Below, piece by piece: positions 10,120-18,339 of a DNA stretch of 64,000 nt; positions within the stretch are counted from its first letter, which is position 1; each line of letters begins with the position of its first letter. The stretch is from an uncultured Chloroflexia bacterium. Lineage in GTDB: Bacteria > Chloroflexota > Limnocylindria > Limnocylindrales > CSP1-4. The stretch spans positions 800,001-864,000 of the forward strand of contig OY970218.1 of NCBI GenBank assembly GCA_963713975.1, in the 5' to 3' direction. The translations under genes were made by a program, and so were the position numbers. The notes under the pieces were generated by a model. That model was not told where the DNA came from and did not search any database. It saw only the letters and a program-made list of their open reading frames with translations.

Positions 10120-10368
10120 CTACCGGGCGACGACCTCACGGTCGAGCGGTTCGCTCGTTGACAGCTTGGGATCCTGGAACGCGAGGCCGAGGTGATCTAC
10201 CCCGTCATCCGCGAGGTCCTGCTCGTAGGTGCAGATACACGGACCGCCGTGGGCGCAGCCGACGCAGCAGTAGGTCTCGTCCATCCGGTAGACGGGGCGG
10301 GCCGGGTCCGGGAGCAGGCTGTCACACGACGCGCAGTAGCCGCGCCGAGGGCTGGCGAAGACGTGCAT
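10120..10368 (-). CDS. Small Cys-rich metallothionein-like protein
   Basis: CASC...YCCVGCAHGGPCIC (7 Cys) followed by an acidic tail; GGAGG RBS; directly downstream of gdh. Confidence 0.75.
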   Translation of the reverse strand: MHVFASPRRGYCASCDSLLPDPARPVYRMDETYCCVGCAHGGPCICTYEQDLADDGVDHLGLAFQDPKLSTSEPLDREVVAR

Positions 10369-10397
10369 GGGAACCTCCAGTTTCTTGTTGACGGAGC

Positions 10398-11675
10398 TCA
10401 GGGGTAGAGGCCTCGAAGGCTCGTGGCCGTGGCGACCCGCTCCACGGCAAGCGCATGCGCGGCGAGCCGTGGCGGGATCCCATCGGCCGCGGCGCGTTGC
10501 CACACCGCATCCGCGGCCGACAGGATGAGGCGACGGAGGCGGTCATTGACCTCATCGCGCGTCCACGCGAGGGCCGACCGGTTCTGCGCCCATTCGAAGT
10601 AGCTGACGATGACGCCGCCAGCGTTGCAGAGGATGTCGGGGATCACGGTCACCCCGTTCGCCCACAGGATGGGGTCCGCCGAGGGCTCGGTCGGGCCGTT
10701 GGCGCCCTCGGCCAGGATCCGTGCTCGGATGTTGCCGGCGTTGCGGGCCGTGATCTGGCCATCGAGCGCGGCGAGGACGAGGATGTCCACGTCGAGCCCG
10801 AAGAGGGTCTCGTTGTCGATGGGCGTCGAGCCCGGGGTGCCGGCCACGGTGCCGTGGGCCCGGAACCGCCGGGCGAGGTCCGGAATGTCGAGGCCGTCCG
10901 GATCGTAGGCCCCTCCACCCACGTCGGTGATCGCGACCACGCTCGCGCCGCTCTCGTGGAGCAGCCGGGCGGTCGCCTCCCCGACGTTGCCAAACCCCTG
11001 GACCGCGACGGTGGCATTCGCGATGTCAAGGCCGATCCGGCGGGCCGCGTCCTCGATCGTGTAGACGATGCCCTGGCCCGTCGCATCAGCGCGTCCGATG
11101 GAGCCCCCGATCGAGACCGGCTTGCCGGTGACGACGCCGGGCACCGAGTACCCCTTGTGCATCGACACCGTGTCCATGAACCAGGCCATGACCTGGGCGT
11201 TCGTGCCCACATCCGGGGCCGGGATGTCGGACTCCGGCCCGACGATCGGTTCCAGCTCCGTGGCGAAGCGCCGGGTGAGGGCCTCGAGCTCCTTGCTGCT
11301 CATCGCCAAGGGGTCACAGGTCACGCCACCCTTCGCCCCGCCGAACGGGACGCCCACGAGCGCGCACTTCCAGGTCATCCACATCGCGAGCGCGCGCACG
11401 TCATCGAGGTCAGTCTGGGGGTGGAAGCGAAGACCGCCCTTGGCGGGGCCACGCGAGACGTTGTGCTGGACGCGATAGCCGGAGAACATGCGGACCGAGC
11501 CGTCGTCCATGGTCACGGGGAAGTTGACCGTGTACTCGCGCTGCGGGACCCGCAGGACCGCGCGGAGGTCGAGGTGGATGGCGAGGTGGTCTGCGGCAGC
11601 ATCGAATTGCGCGAGCGCGGAAGCGAGGGCTTCCTGTCCGGCGGTGCCGCGCGGTGCGCTGGGTGCGATGGTCAT
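10398..11675 (-). CDS. gdhA: Glu/Leu/Phe/Val dehydrogenase (glutamate dehydrogenase)
   Basis: GPAKGGLRFHP, MTWKCAL, PFGGAKGG, DIPAPDVGT, VQGFGNVG, EGANGP motifs; GGAG RBS. Confidence 0.95.
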   Translation of the reverse strand: MTIAPSAPRGTAGQEALASALAQFDAAADHLAIHLDLRAVLRVPQREYTVNFPVTMDDGSVRMFSGYRVQHNVSRGPAKGGLRFHPQTDLDDVRALAMWMTWKCALVGVPFGGAKGGVTCDPLAMSSKELEALTRRFATELEPIVGPESDIPAPDVGTNAQVMAWFMDTVSMHKGYSVPGVVTGKPVSIGGSIGRADATGQGIVYTIEDAARRIGLDIANATVAVQGFGNVGEATARLLHESGASVVAITDVGGGAYDPDGLDIPDLARRFRAHGTVAGTPGSTPIDNETLFGLDVDILVLAALDGQITARNAGNIRARILAEGANGPTEPSADPILWANGVTVIPDILCNAGGVIVSYFEWAQNRSALAWTRDEVNDRLRRLILSAADAVWQRAAADGIPPRLAAHALAVERVATATSLRGLYP

Positions 11676-11758
11676 TGTGCGTCTCCGGGCAACTACTGGT
11701 GGCAATGCCGACTGGGACAGAGCGTCGCCCGGGCAGGGAAACGAAGGCATGGACGCAC

Positions 11759-11806
11759 GTGAACGACCCGTGAACGGCAGGCCTGCCGTATTCACGGCAC
11801 GTTCAC
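11759..11806. promoter_or_regulatory. 48-bp imperfect palindrome made of two inverted pairs of GTGAAY boxes (11-bp spacing), candidate operator
   Basis: GTGAACgacccGTGAAcggcaggcctgccgtaTTCACggcacGTTCAC between divergent gdh and GreA-like/TCS genes. Confidence 0.6.
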
Positions 11807-11892
11807 ACTGGTTCCCCGGATGCTTCAGGCACGACGTGGACGATGCAGTTGAAGGGCGGCGATCCGACGCGCCCGCCACGGAGGCACCGACC

Positions 11893-12345
11893 ATGGCCGA
11901 GCCCGCCTATTCCCTCGCGATCAGCCCCGGTCGCTGGCCGATGACGCTTGCCGCCCGTGAGTCGCTCGTGGCCGAGGCCGACCGTCTTGCCGACGACGTC
12001 GCGCACGACAAGCTGGCGCGGACCACCGATGACGAGGGCCTCGTGCACCTGCATGTCGCACACGCCGCACGCAAGCTCAACGCCATCCGTGCGGTCCTGG
12101 AAGCATCGGTCGTCGTCACGGACCCGGACACGGTCCTGATCGGCCGCCGGGTGACGGTGTGCGATGCGAACGGGCAGGTCAGCACCTACGCGCTGGTCGC
12201 TCCCGGCGACGGCGACCCGTCACTGGGCTGGATCTCCGCGGGCTCCCCGCTCGGCGCCGCCGTCCTTGGCCGACGGCCCGGCGACCGTGTCGAGGTCGCC
12301 GCGCCTGCCGGGAGCTGGACAGTCGCGATCATCGCCGCCGAGTGA
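11893..12345 (+). CDS. GreA/GreB C-terminal-domain protein (Rnk-like)
   Basis: VLIGRRVTV...YALV..GDGDP..GWISAGSPLGAAVLGRRPGD; GGAGG RBS before ATG at 11893. Confidence 0.85.
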   Translation: MAEPAYSLAISPGRWPMTLAARESLVAEADRLADDVAHDKLARTTDDEGLVHLHVAHAARKLNAIRAVLEASVVVTDPDTVLIGRRVTVCDANGQVSTYALVAPGDGDPSLGWISAGSPLGAAVLGRRPGDRVEVAAPAGSWTVAIIAAE

Positions 12346-12406
12346 TGGACGACTATGCTCAATGCATGTCCGCCAGCGTTTCGCGTGAGTCAGCGCTTCG
12401 AGAGCA

Positions 12407-13381
12407 ATGAGCACCTCGCCGTTGCTCCGCGCCGCACTTGCCCTCCTCCCGCCGTCGGCGACCGCCAGCGAGCTTGATCAGCGGTTCGCGGCCGCGGGTG
12501 CTGATCTCCAGCCCGGGACAGCCGCCCAGGTGCTGGGGAAGCTCGCCAACCTCGGGCTCATTCGAGCCAGCCGGCAGACACGCGATGGCGTCCGCTACGT
12601 GGCGACCACGCTCGGCACGAGCTCCATGGATGCGAGCCTCCGCGGTGAGGCGGGGAGCTCGCTCGCCGACCTCGAGCGCCTGCGGACGGACCTGCTCTCG
12701 ACCATTGCCCATGAGCTGCGGACGCCGCTCACGGCCGTGCGCACGAGCGTCGGCCTGCTGCTGGAGCCGACCGCAGAACCAACCGAGGATCAGCACCGGG
12801 CGTTGCTTGAGGCCATCGAGCGCAACGCCGAGCGGATGCAACGGCTCGTGGGCGACATCCTGGAGCTGTCCCGGTTCCGCTCCGGCAGTGTGAGCCTCCA
12901 ACTCCGCCGGTTCAGCGCGGTCGAGCTGGCGGACTCCGTCATCGCCGTCATCGCACCATTGGCCCTCCAGCGCGGCCAGAACCTCGAGCGGCTTGCACCT
13001 CTCTCCGGCGACCATCGGGTCTACGGTGACCACCGGCGGCTGGAGCGGGCCCTGCTCAACCTGGTCTCCAATGCGCAGCGCTTCACGCCCGACGGCGGGG
13101 CGATCTCGGTGGCCGTGGACGTGCGCGAGTACCTCACCTGCTGGACGGTGAGCGACGAAGGGCCCGGGATCTCCGACGCAGACCAGGCCCGGCTCTTCGA
13201 GCGCTTCTTCGTGGGCCGCAACGACACGTCCGGCCCGCATGATGGCGTGGGCCTGGGGCTGCCGACGGCACTCGCCATCGCCCAGGCGCACGGAGGGACG
13301 ATCGAGGTCCGCAGCGAGCCTGGCCGTGGAAGCACGTTCTCGCTGGTCGTCCCGACGGCCGGCCCGGATGAGGAGCCGTGA
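12407..13381 (+). CDS. Cytoplasmic sensor histidine kinase with N-terminal winged-helix-like domain
   Basis: HELRTPL H-box, NLVSNA, DEGPGI, GVGLGL; no TM segment. Confidence 0.9.
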   Translation: MSTSPLLRAALALLPPSATASELDQRFAAAGADLQPGTAAQVLGKLANLGLIRASRQTRDGVRYVATTLGTSSMDASLRGEAGSSLADLERLRTDLLSTIAHELRTPLTAVRTSVGLLLEPTAEPTEDQHRALLEAIERNAERMQRLVGDILELSRFRSGSVSLQLRRFSAVELADSVIAVIAPLALQRGQNLERLAPLSGDHRVYGDHRRLERALLNLVSNAQRFTPDGGAISVAVDVREYLTCWTVSDEGPGISDADQARLFERFFVGRNDTSGPHDGVGLGLPTALAIAQAHGGTIEVRSEPGRGSTFSLVVPTAGPDEEP

Positions 13382-14073
13382 TGCGCATCCTCGTCGTGGA
13401 TGACGAGCCGGACGTGATCGAGTCCGTGCGACTCGGCTTCATGCTCCAGTGGCGCGAGGTCGAGGTGCTGGGCATCGGCGACGGCGACGCGGCCCTGGAC
13501 ATCGTCGAGCGGCAGTCGCCGGACATCGTCCTGCTGGACGTGGGCCTGCCCGATCGAGACGGGTTCGACGTCCTACGCGAGCTCCGCTCCTTCTCGGACG
13601 TCCCCGTCGTGATGCTGACCGCCCGCGATGACGCGATGGACAAGGTCAAGGGCCTTGAGCTGGGCGCCGACGACTACGTGACGAAGCCGTTCAACCATCT
13701 CGAGCTGATGGCGCGGGTCAAGGCGGTGCTCCGCCGGTTGGACATGCCCGCTCCCGCCAGCCGAGCACCGTCCTTCCGGTCGGGCGACCTCGAGGTTGAC
13801 TTTGCGAAACAGGAGGCGCGGCTGTGTGGCGAGCGGATCGACCTCACGCCGACCGAGTACAAGCTGCTCTACCACCTCGTCCGCAACGTCGGCCATGTGC
13901 TGCAGCACGGGACGCTGCTGGCGAAGGTCTGGGGCCGCGAGTACATCGACGAGACCGACTATGTCCGCGTCTACATCCGTCGGCTGCGCGACAAGCTTGG
14001 TGACGATCCGGACCACCCGCGCTACATCAAGACGGAGCGCAGGCTCGGCTACCGATTCCTCGCGCCGGGTTGA
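13381..14073 (+). CDS. OmpR-family response regulator
   Basis: ILVVDDE, LLDVGLP, GADDYVTKPF, LTPTEY, wHTH C-terminus; coupled to the kinase stop codon. Confidence 0.95.
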   Translation: MRILVVDDEPDVIESVRLGFMLQWREVEVLGIGDGDAALDIVERQSPDIVLLDVGLPDRDGFDVLRELRSFSDVPVVMLTARDDAMDKVKGLELGADDYVTKPFNHLELMARVKAVLRRLDMPAPASRAPSFRSGDLEVDFAKQEARLCGERIDLTPTEYKLLYHLVRNVGHVLQHGTLLAKVWGREYIDETDYVRVYIRRLRDKLGDDPDHPRYIKTERRLGYRFLAPG

Positions 14074-14167
14074 AGGAACCCGTGGGCCCAGCCGGCGGCG
14101 GCGTGATGCGGCCACGTGGTGCGCCTGACCCGCCTCCAGCGGCAGCAGACCAGAAGAGGAGTGACCA

Positions 14168-14425
14168 ATGACAGACGAGCATGTTCTCGACATACGCAGT
14201 GAGCCGCCTTCTCGCCGCCACGCCGTGATCTTCGAGACATTCGAGGCGTTGGCACCGGGCGACGGGTTCGAGCTGGTCAATGACCATGACCCGAAGCCGC
14301 TCTACTACCAACTCGCGGCCGAGCAGCCGGGGGCGTTCACGTGGGACTATCTCGAGACCGGGCCCATCGTGTGGCGTGTGCGGATCGGTCGCGCCGAGAC
14401 CGTGGTCCCGACCACGGGCGCCTGA
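14168..14425 (+). CDS. DUF2249 domain-containing protein
   Basis: LDIR..PP..RH..IF..F..L..G..F.LVNDHDPKPLYYQL...W.Y...GP..WRV; GAGGAG RBS. Confidence 0.88.
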   Translation: MTDEHVLDIRSEPPSRRHAVIFETFEALAPGDGFELVNDHDPKPLYYQLAAEQPGAFTWDYLETGPIVWRVRIGRAETVVPTTGA

Positions 14426-14440
14426 TCACCACACGTGCAG

Positions 14441-15241
14441 ATGCCATCCCGGCCTGACGGCCCCCCGCTCGGCATCGCGTCGGTGCCCAATCTCCGTGAC
14501 GTCGGTGGCAGCGCGACGCGTGACGGACGCATCGTCCGAACGGGCCTGCTCTACCGGTCCGGTGCTCTCCGGCGGCTCGACGAAGCGGACGAGGAGGCGT
14601 TCGGGCGGCTCGGGCTCCGCCGCGTGTACGACCTGCGTGGGTCGAGGGAGCGGGAGGTCGCGCCCGACCTGCAGCCGCCCGGGACGGAGTACGTGCCCCT
14701 CGACGTGCTCGCGGACTGGGGCGAGGGCGGCCCCGACCGCATCTTCGCGTTGTTCGAGGACCCGGAGGCCGCCCGCAGGGAGCTTGGCGGCGGCGGGGCG
14801 GAGGCGCTGTGGGTCGAGCAGTACCGCAGGCTCGTCACGCTCCCGAGCGCCCACGCCGCCTACGGACGCATCTTCCGCGACCTCGCCCGCGCTGACGGCC
14901 CACCGGCGCTGGTCCACTGCTCCGGGGGCAAGGATCGGACCGGATGGGCGGCCGCGTCGCTCCTGCTGCTGCTCGATGTCGCTCCGGACCTAGTGATGGC
15001 CGACTACCTGCGGGGCGGCTGGGGCGAGCACGCGTCCGCGAGCCCGTTGATGCGGGCCCTGGTCGAGCGTGGCGGCGACCCGGATCTGTGGCAGCCGATC
15101 TTCACCGCCGAGCCCCGCTACCTGGAGGCCGCGCTCGACGAGGTCCACCACTCGTTCGGGTCGATCAGTGCCTACTTCGCCGATGGCCTGAACGTCGATG
15201 CCGCCGCGCAGGACGGGCTCCGGGCCGCCTTCACCGGCTGA
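14441..15241 (+). CDS. Tyrosine-protein phosphatase (Y_phosphatase3 family)
   Basis: NLRDVGG, LYRSG, DLR and catalytic HCSGGKDRTG. Confidence 0.92.
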   Translation: MPSRPDGPPLGIASVPNLRDVGGSATRDGRIVRTGLLYRSGALRRLDEADEEAFGRLGLRRVYDLRGSREREVAPDLQPPGTEYVPLDVLADWGEGGPDRIFALFEDPEAARRELGGGGAEALWVEQYRRLVTLPSAHAAYGRIFRDLARADGPPALVHCSGGKDRTGWAAASLLLLLDVAPDLVMADYLRGGWGEHASASPLMRALVERGGDPDLWQPIFTAEPRYLEAALDEVHHSFGSISAYFADGLNVDAAAQDGLRAAFTG

Positions 15242-15359
15242 GGCTCGACGGCCGGCGGTGAGTCTGGGTGAACGCCGTCGCCGGGCCCAGACGGCGTCGC
15301 TCAGTCCACGAGGCGGACGCGTACGCCGAGTGCCTCGGTCGTGGCATGAGTCGCGCCAC

Positions 15360-15467
15360 TCAGCGACGGCGGGCCCACAGCAGGAGCGCCATGCCCACGA
15401 GCGCAGCGGTGGCCGCTCCGGGGTCGTGGCCATGCTCGTGCGGGTGATCGGGATGGTCCGTCGTCAC
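15360..15467 (-). CDS. Possible 35-aa His-rich membrane peptide or gene remnant
   Basis: GAGG RBS, GTG start, MTTDHPDHPHEHGHDPGAATAALVGMALLLWARRR; too short for the ORF track. Confidence 0.3.
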   Translation of the reverse strand: MTTDHPDHPHEHGHDPGAATAALVGMALLLWARRR

Positions 15468-15569
15468 GATTGCCTCAGTCGGGCCGACCGGAGATGGGAT
15501 CGGCCGCCACCTATTGTCGACCATGCCTTGAAGGCTCGCGTGTCCGGACGCAGCGACGCCAGGGACCGT

Positions 15570-16352
15570 TCAGCCCTTCGGCGGCCCGATCTCCTCGATG
15601 ACGTCGATCAGTGGCTGCTGGCTCACCTGGAGGAACCCGCGGCGAGGACGGTCGAGGTCCACGATGAGCGTGATCAACGCCCCGAGGACGATGACGAGGA
15701 TGACGGCACCGACGCTGCTCCGACGCCGGGTCAGGCCAGCGTGGAACCCCACCATGCCGAGGATCAGCGCTGATCCGGCGAACACCAGCAGCACGACCGT
15801 CTCCGGCACCCGGGCGTACTCGATCGCCGTCTGGCGGGCCTCGCCGACGTCGAACATGTCATTCAGCGCGGAGCTGTAGAGCGCGAGCGCCTGCGAGTCG
15901 GGCGACTCGCGCACGAGGGGCTCGGCGATCGCCCACAGCCGGTCCTGGATCTCGCCCGAACGGGCGAACTGCACCTGGAGCTGGGCCTCATCTGCCGTAT
16001 CGACACGCTGCGGCGCGTAGTCCCGGAGAAGCTCACGTGTCTGGTCGGACGCCGGTTGCGGCAGGAATCCGGCGCGAAGGTAGACCGTGCCGATGGCATT
16101 TGCCTCCTCGAGCACCAGTTGCCGACGCATGTCGAACCGGTCCGAGGCCATGCCCATGGTGACCGCGAGCAGAAACGCCATCAGCGCGAGCAACGAGCCG
16201 ACCAGGATGCCGCTCGGTCCCTGGACCTCGTCGGGGGTGCGCTCCTGCCACCAGCGACCGACCCGGTATCCGATCTCGTAGGTGACAAGCGCCACGAGCG
16301 CGAACAGGAGGTACACGCCGAGGACGGGAATGGGGTCGAGCAGCTGGTGCGT
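15570..16352 (-). CDS. DUF4239/bestrophin-like membrane protein (start codon appears as ACG)
   Basis: RFDMRRQLVLEEANAIGTVYLRA and IVDLDRPRRG motifs; AAGGA RBS lies 8 nt before an in-frame ACG. Confidence 0.8.
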   Translation of the reverse strand, partial: THQLLDPIPVLGVYLLFALVALVTYEIGYRVGRWWQERTPDEVQGPSGILVGSLLALMAFLLAVTMGMASDRFDMRRQLVLEEANAIGTVYLRAGFLPQPASDQTRELLRDYAPQRVDTADEAQLQVQFARSGEIQDRLWAIAEPLVRESPDSQALALYSSALNDMFDVGEARQTAIEYARVPETVVLLVFAGSALILGMVGFHAGLTRRRSSVGAVILVIVLGALITLIVDLDRPRRGFLQVSQQPLIDVIEEIGPPKG

Positions 16353-16548
16353 GGCTGTGGTCCTTGGGCGGGATGACAAGGGGTCGGCGCGGTTCCGTCT
16401 CCCCGAGTGCAGCGTATCCCGACGCCGGGACTGGCGTGCGGCCTCCGACGCCGATCGCACGGCAGTTGCCCCGTCAGCGCGCGACGCCCTGGCTCGCATG
16501 GTCGACGCTGCACGGTGGTGCCGGTCGTGCAACGCCATCGGCGACGGA

Positions 16549-16564
16549 TGGTCGGGGCGAGAGG
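16549..16564. repeat. att core copy 1 (tRNA-Pro 3' end)
   Basis: TGGTCGGGGCGAGAGG, 16/16 identical to 34206-34221. Confidence 0.9.
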
Positions 16565-16652
16565 AGGCAAACCTCCACGACCGACCTTAGCGTCCCGCAA
16601 GTCCGGCGGCCTTCGTTCAGCGGTGACTCACGTGGCGCCCGGCGTCGTCCGC

Positions 16653-17828
16653 TCAGCCGCGACCGACGACCATCGCCTCGTAGTCCACGAGGAGGTCGAA
16701 CAGGTCCGTGGCGGCGTACTGGCGGTCGTAGGTCCCCTGGCTGATCTGTGTGAGGACCCCGGCCTCGGCAAGAGACTTGAGCGCCGCGAGCGTCTGTTGC
16801 TGGCTGGTGCCGATGGCCGTACGCGCGGTAGGCGCCGAGAGGACCGGCAGTGCCGGCAGGAGCGCGATCAACTTCGACGCCGCCGATCCGGACCTCGGGT
16901 TCCCGGCGAGGTCCATCCAGCCCCGCTGGAGGGCCGCCACCCGGTCCGCCAGCACCACCGACGCCGATGCCGCATCCCGGGTCGCGGCGGCGAATGAGCC
17001 GATCCACTCGGCAAGCCTGCCCTCCCGGAACCCGACGAGGCCGTCCACGTACGCGCCGGGCCGCGCGGCCAGCACGATGGACACCGGTGGCACGAAGCGC
17101 ACGGTGGCACCCCGACGGCGCAGGACGACATGCACCAGACACCGTCCGACGCGACCGTTGCCGTCGAGGAAGGGGTGGATCGTCTCGAACTGGGCGTGGG
17201 CGATCGCGGCCTGGGCAACGACCGGCAGGTCGTCGCGACCGAGGAAGGCGGCCAGGTCCTCCAGCAGGCCGGAGACGAGATCCTCGGGCGGCGGGATGTA
17301 CCGGGCATCGGACGGGTTGTCCAGTCGACCGCCGATCCAGTTCTGCTCCTCTCGTACGCACCCCGGCCGCGCCCGCTCGTCGCCGGCCATCAGTGTGCGG
17401 TGGATCGCGAGCAGGTGGTCGACGGAGACCCGCTCATCGCCTGCACCGATCGCAATCGCCTCCTCCATCGCGGACACGTTCGCCGCGACGATTCGCGCGC
17501 TCCCCTTGGCCGCACGGGGATCGACCAGGGCACGGGCGAGGTTGAGGGAGCTGACGTCGTAGCCCTCGAGGCGGGACGAGGCCACCGCCTCCGATCGCAG
17601 GAGCAGCGGTCCGATCGCCTCGAGCCCGCCGACCGACGCCCGGTCGTTCAGGGCCCGGATCGCGGTCGCGGCTGCGGCCGCGAGGTCGGCCGTCTCGAAC
17701 GGGACGACCGGTGCGAGGGTGGCGACCGGGTCAGGCACGAAGGCCCGATAGCGGAAGGTGGCCCGGGCGCGCCGCCCGCCGATCGTCCCCGGATCGCCTT
17801 CCCAAACGCGCTCGACCGACCGAGGCAT
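16653..17828 (-). CDS. Fic family protein with C-terminal HTH
   Basis: HAQFETIHPFLDGNGRVGR Fic motif; EAVASSRLEG inhibitory-type motif. Confidence 0.95.
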   Translation of the reverse strand: MPRSVERVWEGDPGTIGGRRARATFRYRAFVPDPVATLAPVVPFETADLAAAAATAIRALNDRASVGGLEAIGPLLLRSEAVASSRLEGYDVSSLNLARALVDPRAAKGSARIVAANVSAMEEAIAIGAGDERVSVDHLLAIHRTLMAGDERARPGCVREEQNWIGGRLDNPSDARYIPPPEDLVSGLLEDLAAFLGRDDLPVVAQAAIAHAQFETIHPFLDGNGRVGRCLVHVVLRRRGATVRFVPPVSIVLAARPGAYVDGLVGFREGRLAEWIGSFAAATRDAASASVVLADRVAALQRGWMDLAGNPRSGSAASKLIALLPALPVLSAPTARTAIGTSQQQTLAALKSLAEAGVLTQISQGTYDRQYAATDLFDLLVDYEAMVVGRG

Positions 17829-18008
17829 GACTGTGGCACCCTTCACCTGCCGTCCAACAGTGAACGGATGGGCACACACTAGCCATCTAAACCTTCAATG
17901 TCAACGAACGAATGAAGGGTTGGACGGCGACCCGGCTCAGCGCCGACGGCGGGAAGGTGCGCGGAGCACGGAGCCCCGTGACGTCCAGGGGTCTCGGGGC
18001 TGATGACC

Positions 18009-18024
18009 TGGTCGGGGCGAGGGG
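18009..18024. repeat. att core copy 2
   Basis: TGGTCGGGGCGAGGGG, 15/16 match to the tRNA-Pro 3' end. Confidence 0.8.
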
Positions 18025-18245
18025 GCTCGGGCCTCCGCTACCCGGCAGATCCGCGGTTGCACCGTCGCCATGGGCGGCAGGCGCCCGTCAGTAGACGAGA
18101 CGCGCATCGCATGAGGCCGCGGCCGTCACGCCCCGCCGAGCGCGCCACGGACCGGGACGTCTCTGGCCGGCTCCGACTAGCTTGAAGGGGCGAACGAGCC
18201 GTTTGCCTCTGGTCATCTTGGGCCGCCCGTGCCGAGAATCGCCCC

Positions 18246-18320
18246 AGCGGGAGGCTGTGACGCGCGGCTCATGCAGCGGCCGCCCGGACCGCGCCGAGCC
18301 ACTGGCGAGACCGACCCGCT
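18246..18320 (+). ncRNA. c-di-GMP-II-like riboswitch (GAG-type variant)
   Basis: P1 AGCGGG/CCCGCT, kink-turn GGCTGTGA...GAGCC, pseudoknot CGCC/GGCG, 3' GAGACCGACC; 19 nt upstream of a start codon; homologous to 56541-56615. Confidence 0.8.
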
Positions 18321-18339
18321 CGCGCAGGAGGGCGGCGCG

